64,000 nt of DNA from Spirochaetia bacterium (GTDB lineage Bacteria > Spirochaetota > Spirochaetia > CADAEX01). The stretch is from positions 2,912,001-2,976,000 of the forward strand of contig OY759746.1 of NCBI GenBank assembly GCA_963662795.1, read 5' to 3'. Shown one piece after another: positions 9,624 to 18,917 of this stretch (positions within the stretch are counted from its first letter, which is position 1; each line of letters starts with the position of its first letter). The notes beneath the pieces are model-generated. The model saw nothing but the letters and a program-made list of their open reading frames with translations. It was not told the origin of the DNA and did not search any database. Made by a program: the position numbers and the translations under genes.

Positions 9624-10642
9624 TGCGCATCCTCACCGGCCATGAATGGAATAACGCTTCCCCTGTTTCCGGGAATTTTAAAGCTCTTTTTTTCAAGCGT
9701 TATTGTTCCTTTATTAAGGCCCAGGCTGTAGAATTCCGCCCCGAAAAGTGATGTGAATTTTTCCATAAGGTCAAGCGATCCGTTATTATCGAAAAAAGAA
9801 GCAAGCAGAGGCAGCGCACAGGGAGCCGTATATATACCTGCGTTTCCGTTTATTTTAAGTTTTGATATTTCAGGGTGGGGTGCGCTGTCAGAACCGAAGA
9901 AGAATTTACTGTTTCCCGACAGTGCTGATTTTCTTACCGCATCCCTGTCCTGAGGTGTTTTTACAACAGGCTTGCAGAAATTATGGGGATTTATACCTCC
10001 TCCGATAAGGTCATCCAGCGTGAGATATAAATGGTGGACTGTTATTGTTGCGGCCAGATTTGGTGGTCCGGAAAGTACAAAATCCACTCCTTCCTTACTT
10101 GAAACATGCTCAAGAACAACCTTGAGTGAAGGATAGTTTTGAAGTATTGCGCCGAGTTCAGTCAGATAGTCCTTTTCCCTTTCAAGAACAAAGGAATCAG
10201 GCACTTCTCCATGAATGGAAAGAACAATTCCCTTTTTTTCCATAAATGAGAGGGCTTCCCGTATCTGTTTCCACGATTTAACGCCGTCCTCTGCGTTTGT
10301 TGTGCTTCCCTCAGGATAGAGCTTCCCGGCCACGGCTCCGGCCTCTAAAAGGGCCTCTAAAACATCTTCTTTCATATCCGGGTAAAGCTTGAAAGTCATG
10401 AGAGGGGTAAAATCCGGTTCCCCGGGCAACTCTTTAAGCGCTTCTTCAATTTCACCCAAATAGGCTGTAAGTCTCTGAGCGCTGTTAACAGGCGGGAGAA
10501 TGTTCGGCATTACAAGCGCTCTGGCAAACCCGCCGGCAGTATCCGCGATACAGTTTTTTAGAAGTTCCCCCTGCCTCAGGTGAAGATGCATGTCATCCGG
10601 CTTGCGTATTGAAATCCTCTCTTTTGTCCGGGCTGTCATCAT
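9608..10642 (-). CDS. pyrC: Dihydroorotase (type II)
   Basis: PDDMHLHLR, MPN, KLYPEGSTTN, LEHV, FCKP and FFGSDSAPH. Confidence 0.95.
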   Translation of the reverse strand: MMTARTKERISIRKPDDMHLHLRQGELLKNCIADTAGGFARALVMPNILPPVNSAQRLTAYLGEIEEALKELPGEPDFTPLMTFKLYPDMKEDVLEALLEAGAVAGKLYPEGSTTNAEDGVKSWKQIREALSFMEKKGIVLSIHGEVPDSFVLEREKDYLTELGAILQNYPSLKVVLEHVSSKEGVDFVLSGPPNLAATITVHHLYLTLDDLIGGGINPHNFCKPVVKTPQDRDAVRKSALSGNSKFFFGSDSAPHPEISKLKINGNAGIYTAPCALPLLASFFDNNGSLDLMEKFTSLFGAEFYSLGLNKGTITLEKKSFKIPGNRGSVIPFMAGEDAQWSIV

Positions 10643-10699
10643 GGTTGCAGTATAGACTTAAAAAAAATAAAAATAAAGCAATTCTTTTTGCAGAAGCGG

Positions 10700-10730
10700 T
10701 TGACACTTGAAAGATCCTGAGGTATATATT
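10700..10730 (+). promoter_or_regulatory. Sigma70-type promoter of the trp operon
   Basis: TTGACA at 10700-10705 followed by a TATATA/TATATT -10 region at 10723-10730. Confidence 0.6.
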
Positions 10731-10763
10731 TCTATACATAGAAACGTTACTACGTGTAGAAAC
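10728..10763. promoter_or_regulatory. Two tandem 18-bp palindromic operators (candidate TrpR sites)
   Basis: ATTTCTA-TACA-TAGAAAC (10728-10745) and GTTACTA-CGTG-TAGAAAC (10746-10763) over the -10/+1 region; the motif recurs upstream of trpB2. Confidence 0.7.
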
Positions 10764-10791
10764 CATTAATCAACAGCAACAGGAGGAGCCA

Positions 10792-12210
10792 ATGCCGGCC
10801 CGTGAAGATACTGTTCTTAAAATTATTTCCGGAGAAAATTATACTCCGTGCGGTCTTGCGGAAAAACTGGGCGCCCGCGTAGTGCTTGAATCCGCATCCT
10901 ACATGAAAGGAAAATCGCGGCACTCGCTTCTTCTTATAGATGAAGCATTCAGGCTTGTACAGCATGACGATGAAATATCAATAATAAAAACAAATTCGTC
11001 ACCGGAAAGAAAAGCTGTTTTAATGCCGGAATTCCGCGACATTCTTGATGCTGCAGGGTATTTTGCAAAACAGCATGCAGCGCTTGAATTCCCTTTTCCG
11101 GCCGGCGGGATAGGCTATCTTTCATACGAATTTGTAAAAAACTGCGACAAGGTTCAGTTCAGAAACCGTTCCGGGGAAAAAACAATACTTCCTGAAATAC
11201 CTGAAGCATCGCTGCTTTTCGGGCATGTTTTTTTGATTTTTGACCACTATACAGATCTTATCTACCTGCTTGGCATTAACTATGAAGAGGCCGTAATTGA
11301 CCTTGTGTCCAGGATCGCAGGTGTCGAAAAAAGGATAAAAGACCTTGATTTTAACTATCTTGTTGACCGGGATGAAAAATATGAGTGTTCTGTTGTTTAT
11401 AATCCGCCTGCAGAAGAGTTTATGGACAATGTCGTTAAGATAAAGGATGAAATAAAAAAGGGTAATCTCCTTCAGTGTGTTGTATCAAGAAAACTTGGAA
11501 TCAAAACTGATATGCCCCCGTTCAAGGCATATAAGAAACTGAAATCAGCATCCCCCTCTCCCTATATGTTTTTTCTCGACTTTACAGATTTTCAGCTGTT
11601 CGGCTCGTCTCCTGAAGTGCATCTGCTTGTAAATGAAGATAAGGCAACAATGAGGCCTATTGCGGGGACAAGGAGGAGAGGAAGTGATCAGGAGGAAGAT
11701 ACTGCGCTTGAGAAAGAACTTCTTGAAGATGAAAAAGAGGGATGTGAGCATCTTATGCTTGTAGACCTTGCCAGAAATGATCTTGGAAGGGTCTGCCGTG
11801 CGGGGTCCGTAAAGGTCGCCGAATCAAGAACAATAGAAAGATATTCCCATGTGATGCATATTGTTTCGCAGGTCGGGGGTGAGCTTGGGGACGGGGTAAC
11901 AGGTGCTCAGGCCCTGAGGGCGACTTTTCCCGCGGGAACTGTATCAGGCGCGCCCAAGCTTAAGGCAATAGAGATAATTGACCGCCTTGAAAAGGAAAAG
12001 AGAGGCTTTTATGCCGGAATTGTCGGTTATTTTGAACCCGGCGGCAATCTCAACTCATGTATAAATATAAGGAGCGGCATGAAAGCCGGGAATATTCTTA
12101 CCCTGCAGTCCGGCGCCGGAATAGTCGCGGATTCCGTACCAGAGAGGGAATACGAAGAGACCTGTGAAAAAATGCGGGCAATTGCAAAAGTACTTGGACT
12201 GGAGGTCTAG
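10792..12210 (+). CDS. trpE: Anthranilate synthase component I
   Basis: VLES, SPSPYMF, SSPE, RPIAGTRRRG, EHLMLVDLARND and FPAGTVSGAPK; AGGAGG RBS. Confidence 0.95.
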   Translation: MPAREDTVLKIISGENYTPCGLAEKLGARVVLESASYMKGKSRHSLLLIDEAFRLVQHDDEISIIKTNSSPERKAVLMPEFRDILDAAGYFAKQHAALEFPFPAGGIGYLSYEFVKNCDKVQFRNRSGEKTILPEIPEASLLFGHVFLIFDHYTDLIYLLGINYEEAVIDLVSRIAGVEKRIKDLDFNYLVDRDEKYECSVVYNPPAEEFMDNVVKIKDEIKKGNLLQCVVSRKLGIKTDMPPFKAYKKLKSASPSPYMFFLDFTDFQLFGSSPEVHLLVNEDKATMRPIAGTRRRGSDQEEDTALEKELLEDEKEGCEHLMLVDLARNDLGRVCRAGSVKVAESRTIERYSHVMHIVSQVGGELGDGVTGAQALRATFPAGTVSGAPKLKAIEIIDRLEKEKRGFYAGIVGYFEPGGNLNSCINIRSGMKAGNILTLQSGAGIVADSVPEREYEETCEKMRAIAKVLGLEV

Positions 12211-12213
12211 AAA

Positions 12214-13830
12214 ATGTACCTGATTATTGATAATTACGATTCTTTTACATATAACCTTTATCAGTATCTGTGTCAGATAACGGCCAAAAAAGTCGAGGTC
12301 AGGAGAAATGATGAGATTACTGTTGAAGGAATAAAGGAACTTTCTCCCGAAGGTATTATCATCTCTCCCGGCCCCGGGCGGCCCGAGGAAAGCGGCATCA
12401 TCATAGACTGCATAAAAGAGTTTGCAGGAAAAATACCTATACTAGGGGTATGCCTCGGGCATCAGGCTATAGGGGCCGCCTTCGGGGGCGATATAATTCT
12501 GTCGTCTAAAATCTATCACGGCAAAACAGATAAAATAACCAATGACGGCAAAGGGGTTTTTAGAAACCTCTCCCCGGTTCTCGATATGGTCAGGTATCAT
12601 TCGCTTGTTATTGACTCATGTAAACTGCCTGCTGAACTTGAAATTACAGCAACTTCGAGCGACGGTGAGATAATGGGTGTAAGGCATAAATTGTATGATG
12701 TTGAGGGGGTCCAGTTCCATCCTGAATCCTATGGTTCTGAATCGGGGATCCAGCTCCTTAAAAATTTTATAAATTACAGAAGGGAATCCTGCACACCCAA
12801 AAAAATTCTTACTTCAATCATGAAACATAAAAATCTTATTTTTGATGAAGCCTCGGATTTTATGGAAGAGCTGACCGAAGGAAATCTGAGCGAGGCAGTT
12901 ATTGCAGGTTTTCTTACTGCCCTTAACACGAAAGGAATATCGGCTGAAGAGATTGCAGGATGCGCTTCCGTCCTTAAAAGAAAAAAGAAATCCATCAGAA
13001 TTGAAGGAAAGGTAATTGATACATGCGGAACCGGAGGAGACGAACTCGGGACTTTCAACATATCTTCCCTCGCCGCGATTGCGGCCGCATCCTGCGGAGC
13101 CAAAGTAGCAAAACACGGAAACAGGGCAGTAAGCTCGCTTACAGGCAGCGCTGATTTTTACCGTGAGCTCGGGGTTCCTGTTGACATTACTCCGGGTGAA
13201 GCGGAAAAAATGATTGATGAGGAGGGGTTTGCTTTTCTTTTTGCCCCTTTTTATCACAGCGCAATGAGGTTCGCGGGACCGGTGCGGCAGAAGCTTGGTT
13301 TTAAGACAATAATGAATCTTCTCGGACCGCTTGTGAATCCAGCGGATACAAAATACCAGCTCATAGGGGTTTATGATCCCTCTCTTTGCAGGACGATGGC
13401 GGAAGCCGCAAAAATACTCGGAGCAGAGCGGGTAATGATTGTTCACGGGCTTGACGGACAGGATGAAATATCTGTTACAGGAGGCACCAGGATTGTAACA
13501 ATAGATGAAAAAGGCAATGAGGATATCTTTACTTTTGATCCGCTTCAGAACGGGCTGAAAATTCATGATATCTCAGGGCTTAAAGGGGGAAATGCTGCGG
13601 TTAACGCATCTATCGCGCTTGAAGTAGTGAACAACAGGGGATACGGGGCTGTAAAGGAATCTGTTTCACTTAACGGGGGGGCGGCCCTTTACGTCTGCGG
13701 TATTGCAGGAAGCATTATGGAAGGTTACGGTATTGTAAAGGAAAGTATTGAAAGCGGACGGGTCAGGGAAAAACTTGAAAGTCTTATAAGCATGAACAGG
13801 ATGCTTCCGGAAAAAGGTAAAAATAAGTGA
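12214..13830 (+). CDS. trpGD: Fused anthranilate synthase component II / anthranilate phosphoribosyltransferase
   Basis: IDNYDSFT, SPGPG, GVCLGHQ and QFHPES, followed by DTCGTGGD, KHGNR and GPLVNP. Confidence 0.95.
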   Translation: MYLIIDNYDSFTYNLYQYLCQITAKKVEVRRNDEITVEGIKELSPEGIIISPGPGRPEESGIIIDCIKEFAGKIPILGVCLGHQAIGAAFGGDIILSSKIYHGKTDKITNDGKGVFRNLSPVLDMVRYHSLVIDSCKLPAELEITATSSDGEIMGVRHKLYDVEGVQFHPESYGSESGIQLLKNFINYRRESCTPKKILTSIMKHKNLIFDEASDFMEELTEGNLSEAVIAGFLTALNTKGISAEEIAGCASVLKRKKKSIRIEGKVIDTCGTGGDELGTFNISSLAAIAAASCGAKVAKHGNRAVSSLTGSADFYRELGVPVDITPGEAEKMIDEEGFAFLFAPFYHSAMRFAGPVRQKLGFKTIMNLLGPLVNPADTKYQLIGVYDPSLCRTMAEAAKILGAERVMIVHGLDGQDEISVTGGTRIVTIDEKGNEDIFTFDPLQNGLKIHDISGLKGGNAAVNASIALEVVNNRGYGAVKESVSLNGGAALYVCGIAGSIMEGYGIVKESIESGRVREKLESLISMNRMLPEKGKNK

Positions 13831-15410
13831 ACATTCTGGAAGAAATTGTCGTGCGCCGGAAAATCAGGGTTTCGGTGAAAGGGGCGTCCCAGGGAATAAG
13901 ACTGCCTGAAAAAAGGGAGGTCCCGCTTGTTCCCTTTGCAGCCGGAAACACATTTATCTCAGACCGGAAGGGGGGAAATCCCGGTGGGATATCTGACAAT
14001 GCTTCCGGCAAGAGGTGCTTTGTAATTGCGGAGGTGAAGGGGAAATCTCCTTCCGCCGGTATTATAAGCAGCGCTTTTAACCCTGTTTCAATAGCGGCTC
14101 ATTACGCGAAGGCCGGGATAAGTGAAATATCTGTCCTTACAGAGGAAGAATACTTCGGCGGGTCTTTGCAGTATCTGGCAGATATAAAAAAAGCATTTCC
14201 GAAAATTGCTGTGCTGAGAAAGGATTTTCTCCTTACAAATGAAGATATTGATATCTCCTGGAGGGCAGGGGCGGATGCTGTTCTCCTTATTTCCTCCATA
14301 CTTGATAAAGAGACGCTTGGATGTCTTTTGAGAAGAGCTTCAGAGCTGGGGCTCACTGTGCTTGTAGAGGTGCATTCATTATCTGATATAGAAAAAATAA
14401 AGGAGTTAAAACCTCCTGTTGTGGGAATTAACTCACGTAACCTTGAAAACTTCAGGGTTGACAAGGCACTTCCCATGATGCTGGCCGGCTGTATTGACTG
14501 GGACGCGTCCCTGGTTTTTGAATCAGGCATAAAAAATGCGGAGGATGCGGATTATGCGTATCAGGGCGGATTCAGCGGCGTACTCTGCGGAGAGGCCCTC
14601 GTGAAAGATAAAACTCTTGCTCATCAGATGCAGGAGCTTGCCCGCCGTCGTACGGCATATAATGAATCAGACGGCGTCAACGTAAAAAGGGGAAGTGAGT
14701 TTTTCTGGAGAAGACTTTATAAAAACTGCATAGTGTCTGCCGGCGGGAACAGCGGCAGGATAAACAGACCTTTAATAAAGATCTGCGGGATTACCAATAC
14801 AGGTGACGCAAATGCTTCAGCTGATATGGGGGCAGATATGATTGGATTTGTATTTGCCGATTCACCCCGCCGGGCAGGAACCGGTCTGCCGGAAAAATTA
14901 TCATCGCTTGATATATTAAAGACAGCAGTTGTAAGAAATCCCGATACTGTTCTGATCGAATATCTGAAAAGCCTTTATGCCTACGGATTTATAGACGCAG
15001 TACAGTACCACGGCTCAGAATCTCCTGCTTTCTGCCGTGATGCCGGAATCCCTTATTACAAGTCCATGAGTTTTATGAACGTAAATAATAACACAAAATA
15101 CCATAAAGACGGCAGCGGGGAACTCCCTGATTATTCTCTTGTTTACGGCTGCCCGAGATTTCTTACAGATTCAGCTATCGGTGGAAGAGAAGGCGGCACA
15201 GGGGTAGCTGTTGAAAGCCATATAGTAGACGCAGTAAGAAAACGGGAACCCCTATGGCTTGCAGGGGGGCTGTCTGATGAAAATATTAAATCTGTAATTG
15301 AATGTTACAGCCCTGAGCTTGTTGACGCCTCGAGCAGACTTGAAGAATATCACGGAAAAAAAGATCTTAAAAAGCTTGAAAGTTTTATCAGGCAAATCAA
15401 AAGCTTTTAA
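13827..15410 (+). CDS. trpCF: Fused indole-3-glycerol phosphate synthase / phosphoribosylanthranilate isomerase
   Basis: IAEVKGKSPSAG, SVLTE, LRKDF, GINSRNL and ESGI, followed by KICGIT, GGTG, LAGGL and DASSRLE. Confidence 0.93.
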   Translation: MNILEEIVVRRKIRVSVKGASQGIRLPEKREVPLVPFAAGNTFISDRKGGNPGGISDNASGKRCFVIAEVKGKSPSAGIISSAFNPVSIAAHYAKAGISEISVLTEEEYFGGSLQYLADIKKAFPKIAVLRKDFLLTNEDIDISWRAGADAVLLISSILDKETLGCLLRRASELGLTVLVEVHSLSDIEKIKELKPPVVGINSRNLENFRVDKALPMMLAGCIDWDASLVFESGIKNAEDADYAYQGGFSGVLCGEALVKDKTLAHQMQELARRRTAYNESDGVNVKRGSEFFWRRLYKNCIVSAGGNSGRINRPLIKICGITNTGDANASADMGADMIGFVFADSPRRAGTGLPEKLSSLDILKTAVVRNPDTVLIEYLKSLYAYGFIDAVQYHGSESPAFCRDAGIPYYKSMSFMNVNNNTKYHKDGSGELPDYSLVYGCPRFLTDSAIGGREGGTGVAVESHIVDAVRKREPLWLAGGLSDENIKSVIECYSPELVDASSRLEEYHGKKDLKKLESFIRQIKSF

Positions 15411-15440
15411 TTATTCATTAATTTGAGATACGGGGGGAAG

Positions 15441-16673
15441 ATGAATACCTATAACAATTATTTCGGTAAATACGGCGGACGGTATGTTCCTGAAGTTCTG
15501 CGCGGAACACTTGATGAACTTGAAAAGGCTTATACTGATGCCATTAATGATCAGTCGTTTATGGACGAGTTTGCTTATCTTTCAAAAACATTTACGGGAC
15601 GTCCTACTCCACTTATGAGGGCAGATAATATTTCCAGGAAAATAGGAGGAGGGTCGATTTACGTGAAACTTGAAGGATTGGCAAATACCGGCGCCCATAA
15701 AATCAATAACGCGCTAGGACAGGCTCTTCTTGCAAAGAGAATGGGTAAAAAGAGGATAATTGCGGAAACCGGAGCAGGGCAGCATGGTGTTGCGACAGCG
15801 TCAGTATGTGCGAAACTTTCCCTTGACTGTGTAATCTATATGGGCAAGGTTGATATCGCCCGGCAGAGGCCGAACGTGTTCTGCATGGAAATGTTCGGTG
15901 CAGAGGTCAGACCTGTAAAAAGCGGCTCCTGCACACTCAAGGATGCGGTAAATGAGGCAATGCGCGACTGGGCATGGAATCCTCTTGATACTTACTACTT
16001 AATGGGTTCAGTGCTCGGCCCTTCTCCTTTTCCCGACATGGTTAGGGAATTTCAGTCTGTAATCGGCCGCGAGGTTGTAAAGCAGGCTGAAGAAGAATCT
16101 CTCGATGTAAAGGCGCTAATTGCTTGTGTCGGAGGCGGTTCCAATTCCATGGGCTTTTTCTCTCCGTTTCTTGAGAAAGATACCCCCCGTCTTATCGGTG
16201 TTGAGGCCGGCGGCAGGGGAAGAGGAACTGGAGAACATGCCGCAAGAATGTCGGGAGAAGGGAAGGAAGGGATAGTACAGGGATATAAAAGCAGATTTCT
16301 CCTTGATGATGACGGTCAGGTTCTGTCTACACATTCAATATCGGCAGGGCTTGATTACCCTGGAATTGGACCGCAGCTGGCCATGCTTGGAGAATCCGGA
16401 AGGATCGAATTTACAAGCGCGACTGACTTGGAAGCACTTGAAGCTTTGAAGTTGTTTGCAAGGGAAGAGGGCCTTCTTTTTGCTCTTGAATCAGCCCATG
16501 CAGCATCAGCTGCGCTTAAAATAGCAAAAGAGTATAAAAACAGCGAAGCTGTAATTGTAAATATGTCGGGAAGGGGAGATAAGGATATCTTTATTTCAGC
16601 GATGGAGCTTGACAGGAAAAACTGGGGCGGATTTCTGGAAAGTGAAATAAAAAGGGGAGCAGCAATAAAATGA
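15441..16673 (+). CDS. trpB: Tryptophan synthase beta chain (TrpB1)
   Basis: GAHKINN, AETGAGQHG, CVGGGSN, SAGLDYPG and NMSGRGDKD. Confidence 0.97.
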   Translation: MNTYNNYFGKYGGRYVPEVLRGTLDELEKAYTDAINDQSFMDEFAYLSKTFTGRPTPLMRADNISRKIGGGSIYVKLEGLANTGAHKINNALGQALLAKRMGKKRIIAETGAGQHGVATASVCAKLSLDCVIYMGKVDIARQRPNVFCMEMFGAEVRPVKSGSCTLKDAVNEAMRDWAWNPLDTYYLMGSVLGPSPFPDMVREFQSVIGREVVKQAEEESLDVKALIACVGGGSNSMGFFSPFLEKDTPRLIGVEAGGRGRGTGEHAARMSGEGKEGIVQGYKSRFLLDDDGQVLSTHSISAGLDYPGIGPQLAMLGESGRIEFTSATDLEALEALKLFAREEGLLFALESAHAASAALKIAKEYKNSEAVIVNMSGRGDKDIFISAMELDRKNWGGFLESEIKRGAAIK

Positions 16674-17416
16674 AGGAAAAAAATAACAAAATTATGACCC
16701 ACCTTGTGGCAGGATATCCTGATATTGATACTTCTTTCGAAATTGCCAAAATACTTGTACGAAGCGGTGTTTCCGCGCTTGAAATTCAGTTCCCGTTTTC
16801 AGATCCGACGGCTGACGGCCCTGCAATTGAAAAAGCCTGCTCAATTGCTCTTGAAAAGGGATTCAAAGTCGATGACGGATTTTCTCTTGTCAGTAAAATA
16901 ACTTCCTTTTCAGATATTCCTGTATTTATCATGACTTACGGAAGCATTGTATTTGCGCGCGGTATTGAGAAATTTGTAAAGGATTCTGCCTCTTCCGGAG
17001 CAGAGGGAGTAATAGTGCCGGATATGCTTTTTGACTATGATGAAGGTCTTGGAAGAATATGCAGAAGCCATAATATTGAATGTGTGCCTGTAATAGTCCC
17101 TTCCATGAAGAATGAGAGGATAAAAAAAGTTGCTGAACTCGGCAGTGGATATATCTATGCAGCACTTAGAAGCGGCACAACAGGGGTAAAGACAGTTATT
17201 GATCATTCATGTATCTCATTTCTTGAAAACCTTAAAAATAGCGGATCAAAAGTAATGGCAGGATTCGGGCTTAGAAGCAAAGACCAGATCAGTCAGCTTG
17301 AAGGTCTTGCGGATTACTATATCGTCGGCTCCGCTATTGTCGGCATGATAGATACCATTGCAGATGAAAAGGGCAGTTACGATAAAATTGGAGATTATAT
17401 AAAAACACTTCTGTAG
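16670..17416 (+). CDS. trpA: Tryptophan synthase alpha chain
   Basis: EIQFPFSDPTADGPAI, MTY, PD, GTTG, GFG and IVGSA. Confidence 0.95.
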   Translation: MKEKNNKIMTHLVAGYPDIDTSFEIAKILVRSGVSALEIQFPFSDPTADGPAIEKACSIALEKGFKVDDGFSLVSKITSFSDIPVFIMTYGSIVFARGIEKFVKDSASSGAEGVIVPDMLFDYDEGLGRICRSHNIECVPVIVPSMKNERIKKVAELGSGYIYAALRSGTTGVKTVIDHSCISFLENLKNSGSKVMAGFGLRSKDQISQLEGLADYYIVGSAIVGMIDTIADEKGSYDKIGDYIKTLL

Positions 17417-17527
17417 CTGCTTATAATCCGGCAGAAATAAACATCCGGTCTGCCGTATGCTGACTTTAAAAAAAAATAAATATTCTGCTTGACTTATTAT
17501 AAGTAAATAACTATTATAATTATAATA

Positions 17528-17926
17528 ATGATTACTAATATTGGAACAGTAAAATATAAAAAAAGCAGACAGAGACAAAGGATCCTTGAGATACTTCAGG
17601 GGACAAATACTCATCCGACTGCAGACTGGATTTACGATTTAGCCAAAAAGGATATTAAAAATCTCAGCCTCGGGACAGTCTACAGAAATCTTAATATCCT
17701 TGTTGATCAGGGTCTTGCCAAAAGGCTTGATTTTGGCAGCACATATGATCATTTTGATGCGGTTGTTGAAAATCATTATCATCTGATATGTGAAAAATGC
17801 GGCATAATAGTTGACCTTAAAATGGAAACTGACGAAAGTCTTGTGAAGGAAGCATCAAAAAAAACATCCTTTAAAATAAGGGATCACAGGGTTGAATTCT
17901 TTGGACTTTGTAAAAAGTGCCAGTAG
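17528..17926 (+). CDS. perR: Fur-family regulator, PerR-like
   Basis: THPTADWIY, SLGTVYRNL, HYHLICEKCG and CKKC; upstream of a peroxiredoxin. Confidence 0.85.
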   Translation: MITNIGTVKYKKSRQRQRILEILQGTNTHPTADWIYDLAKKDIKNLSLGTVYRNLNILVDQGLAKRLDFGSTYDHFDAVVENHYHLICEKCGIIVDLKMETDESLVKEASKKTSFKIRDHRVEFFGLCKKCQ

Positions 17927-17943
17927 TTTTTTTATCTAAAAAC

Positions 17944-17964
17944 TAATAATCGTTACGATTATTA
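17944..17964. promoter_or_regulatory. Perfect 10-1-10 palindrome, candidate Fur/PerR box
   Basis: TAATAATCGT-T-ACGATTATTA upstream of the peroxiredoxin; a 16/21 copy lies at 17523-17543 over the perR start codon. Confidence 0.7.
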
Positions 17965-17993
17965 ATATAGTAAATTAAAATAAGGAGTAAAAA

Positions 17994-18677
17994 ATGGAAG
18001 AACAGGTTGTTGAACAGTACAGGATGCCATTAATCGGAGATTCTGCACCGGAATTCAAGGCAAAAACTACCCAGGGAGAAATTAATTTCCCCTCAGATTA
18101 CAAGGATAAATGGGTTATTCTATTCAGTCATCCGGCGGATTTTACCCCGGTATGTACAACAGAGTTCATGACTTTTGCATACATGCAGGAGGACTTTAAA
18201 AAACTGAATACAGAGCTTATCGGGCTTTCAATAGACAGCCTATACGCTCATATAGCATGGCTCAGGACAATAAAGGAGAAAATTGAATTTAAAGGGATGA
18301 AAAATATCGAGGTCAATTTTCCATTGATAGAAGACCTTACAATGGAAGTCGCAAAGAAATACGGTATGGTTCAGCCTAATGCCTCAACAACCCAGGCAGT
18401 CAGAGCTGTCTTTATTATCGATCCAAAAGCAAAAATCCGGGCAGTAATATACTATCCCCTTTCAAACGGAAGGAACATGGATGAAATAAAAAGACTTATT
18501 ATTGCTCTTCAGAAATCAGACAGGGAAGGGATTGCAACACCTGCTAACTGGCAGCCCGGCGATGATGTAATAATTCCGCCCCCCGGTTCATGCGGTTCAG
18601 CAAAAGAAAGGGTAGAGAAGAAGGAAGAAGGGAAATACTGCCTTGACTGGTTTATGTGTTTCAAAAAAGGTAAATAA
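17994..18677 (+). CDS. Peroxiredoxin (Prx6 subfamily with C-terminal CxDWxxC)
   Basis: FSHPADFTPVCTTE, YYP..GRN.DEI, TPANW and CLDWFMC. Confidence 0.93.
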   Translation: MEEQVVEQYRMPLIGDSAPEFKAKTTQGEINFPSDYKDKWVILFSHPADFTPVCTTEFMTFAYMQEDFKKLNTELIGLSIDSLYAHIAWLRTIKEKIEFKGMKNIEVNFPLIEDLTMEVAKKYGMVQPNASTTQAVRAVFIIDPKAKIRAVIYYPLSNGRNMDEIKRLIIALQKSDREGIATPANWQPGDDVIIPPPGSCGSAKERVEKKEEGKYCLDWFMCFKKGK

Positions 18678-18728
18678 TTAATTTTAAAATAGTTAAATAT
18701 TTAAAAAAGTATATATTATAAATTTATA

Positions 18729-18762
18729 AAGAAAAGCAGGGAGATTTTTCCCTGCTTTTCTT
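18729..18762. terminator. Intrinsic terminator (probably bidirectional, peroxiredoxin / fhs)
   Basis: AAGAAAAGCAGGGA ... TCCCTGCTTTTCTT perfect stem with A/T tails. Confidence 0.8.
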
Positions 18763-18917
18763 GTTAATAATTGAAGTTAATTTAAGACATTAAGAATAAA
18801 GTGTCCCCGGAAATAAAAAATTTCCTTAACACTTAAAATATTTATTCTGACGGCATTCCCGGCTGACCCCGTCCCGGCTTCTCTCTGACGGCGGTTTATT
18901 CCGGATAAAACCCGGGA

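Noticed and set aside
10643-10791. Trp attenuator leader peptide or T-box upstream of trpE
   Set aside because: Leader is too short, with no Trp-codon ORF or terminator hairpin.
12814-13566. 250-aa antisense ORF and the many other short overlapping ORFs in the track
   Set aside because: They overlap well-supported genes and show no motifs or RBS; treated as shadow ORFs.
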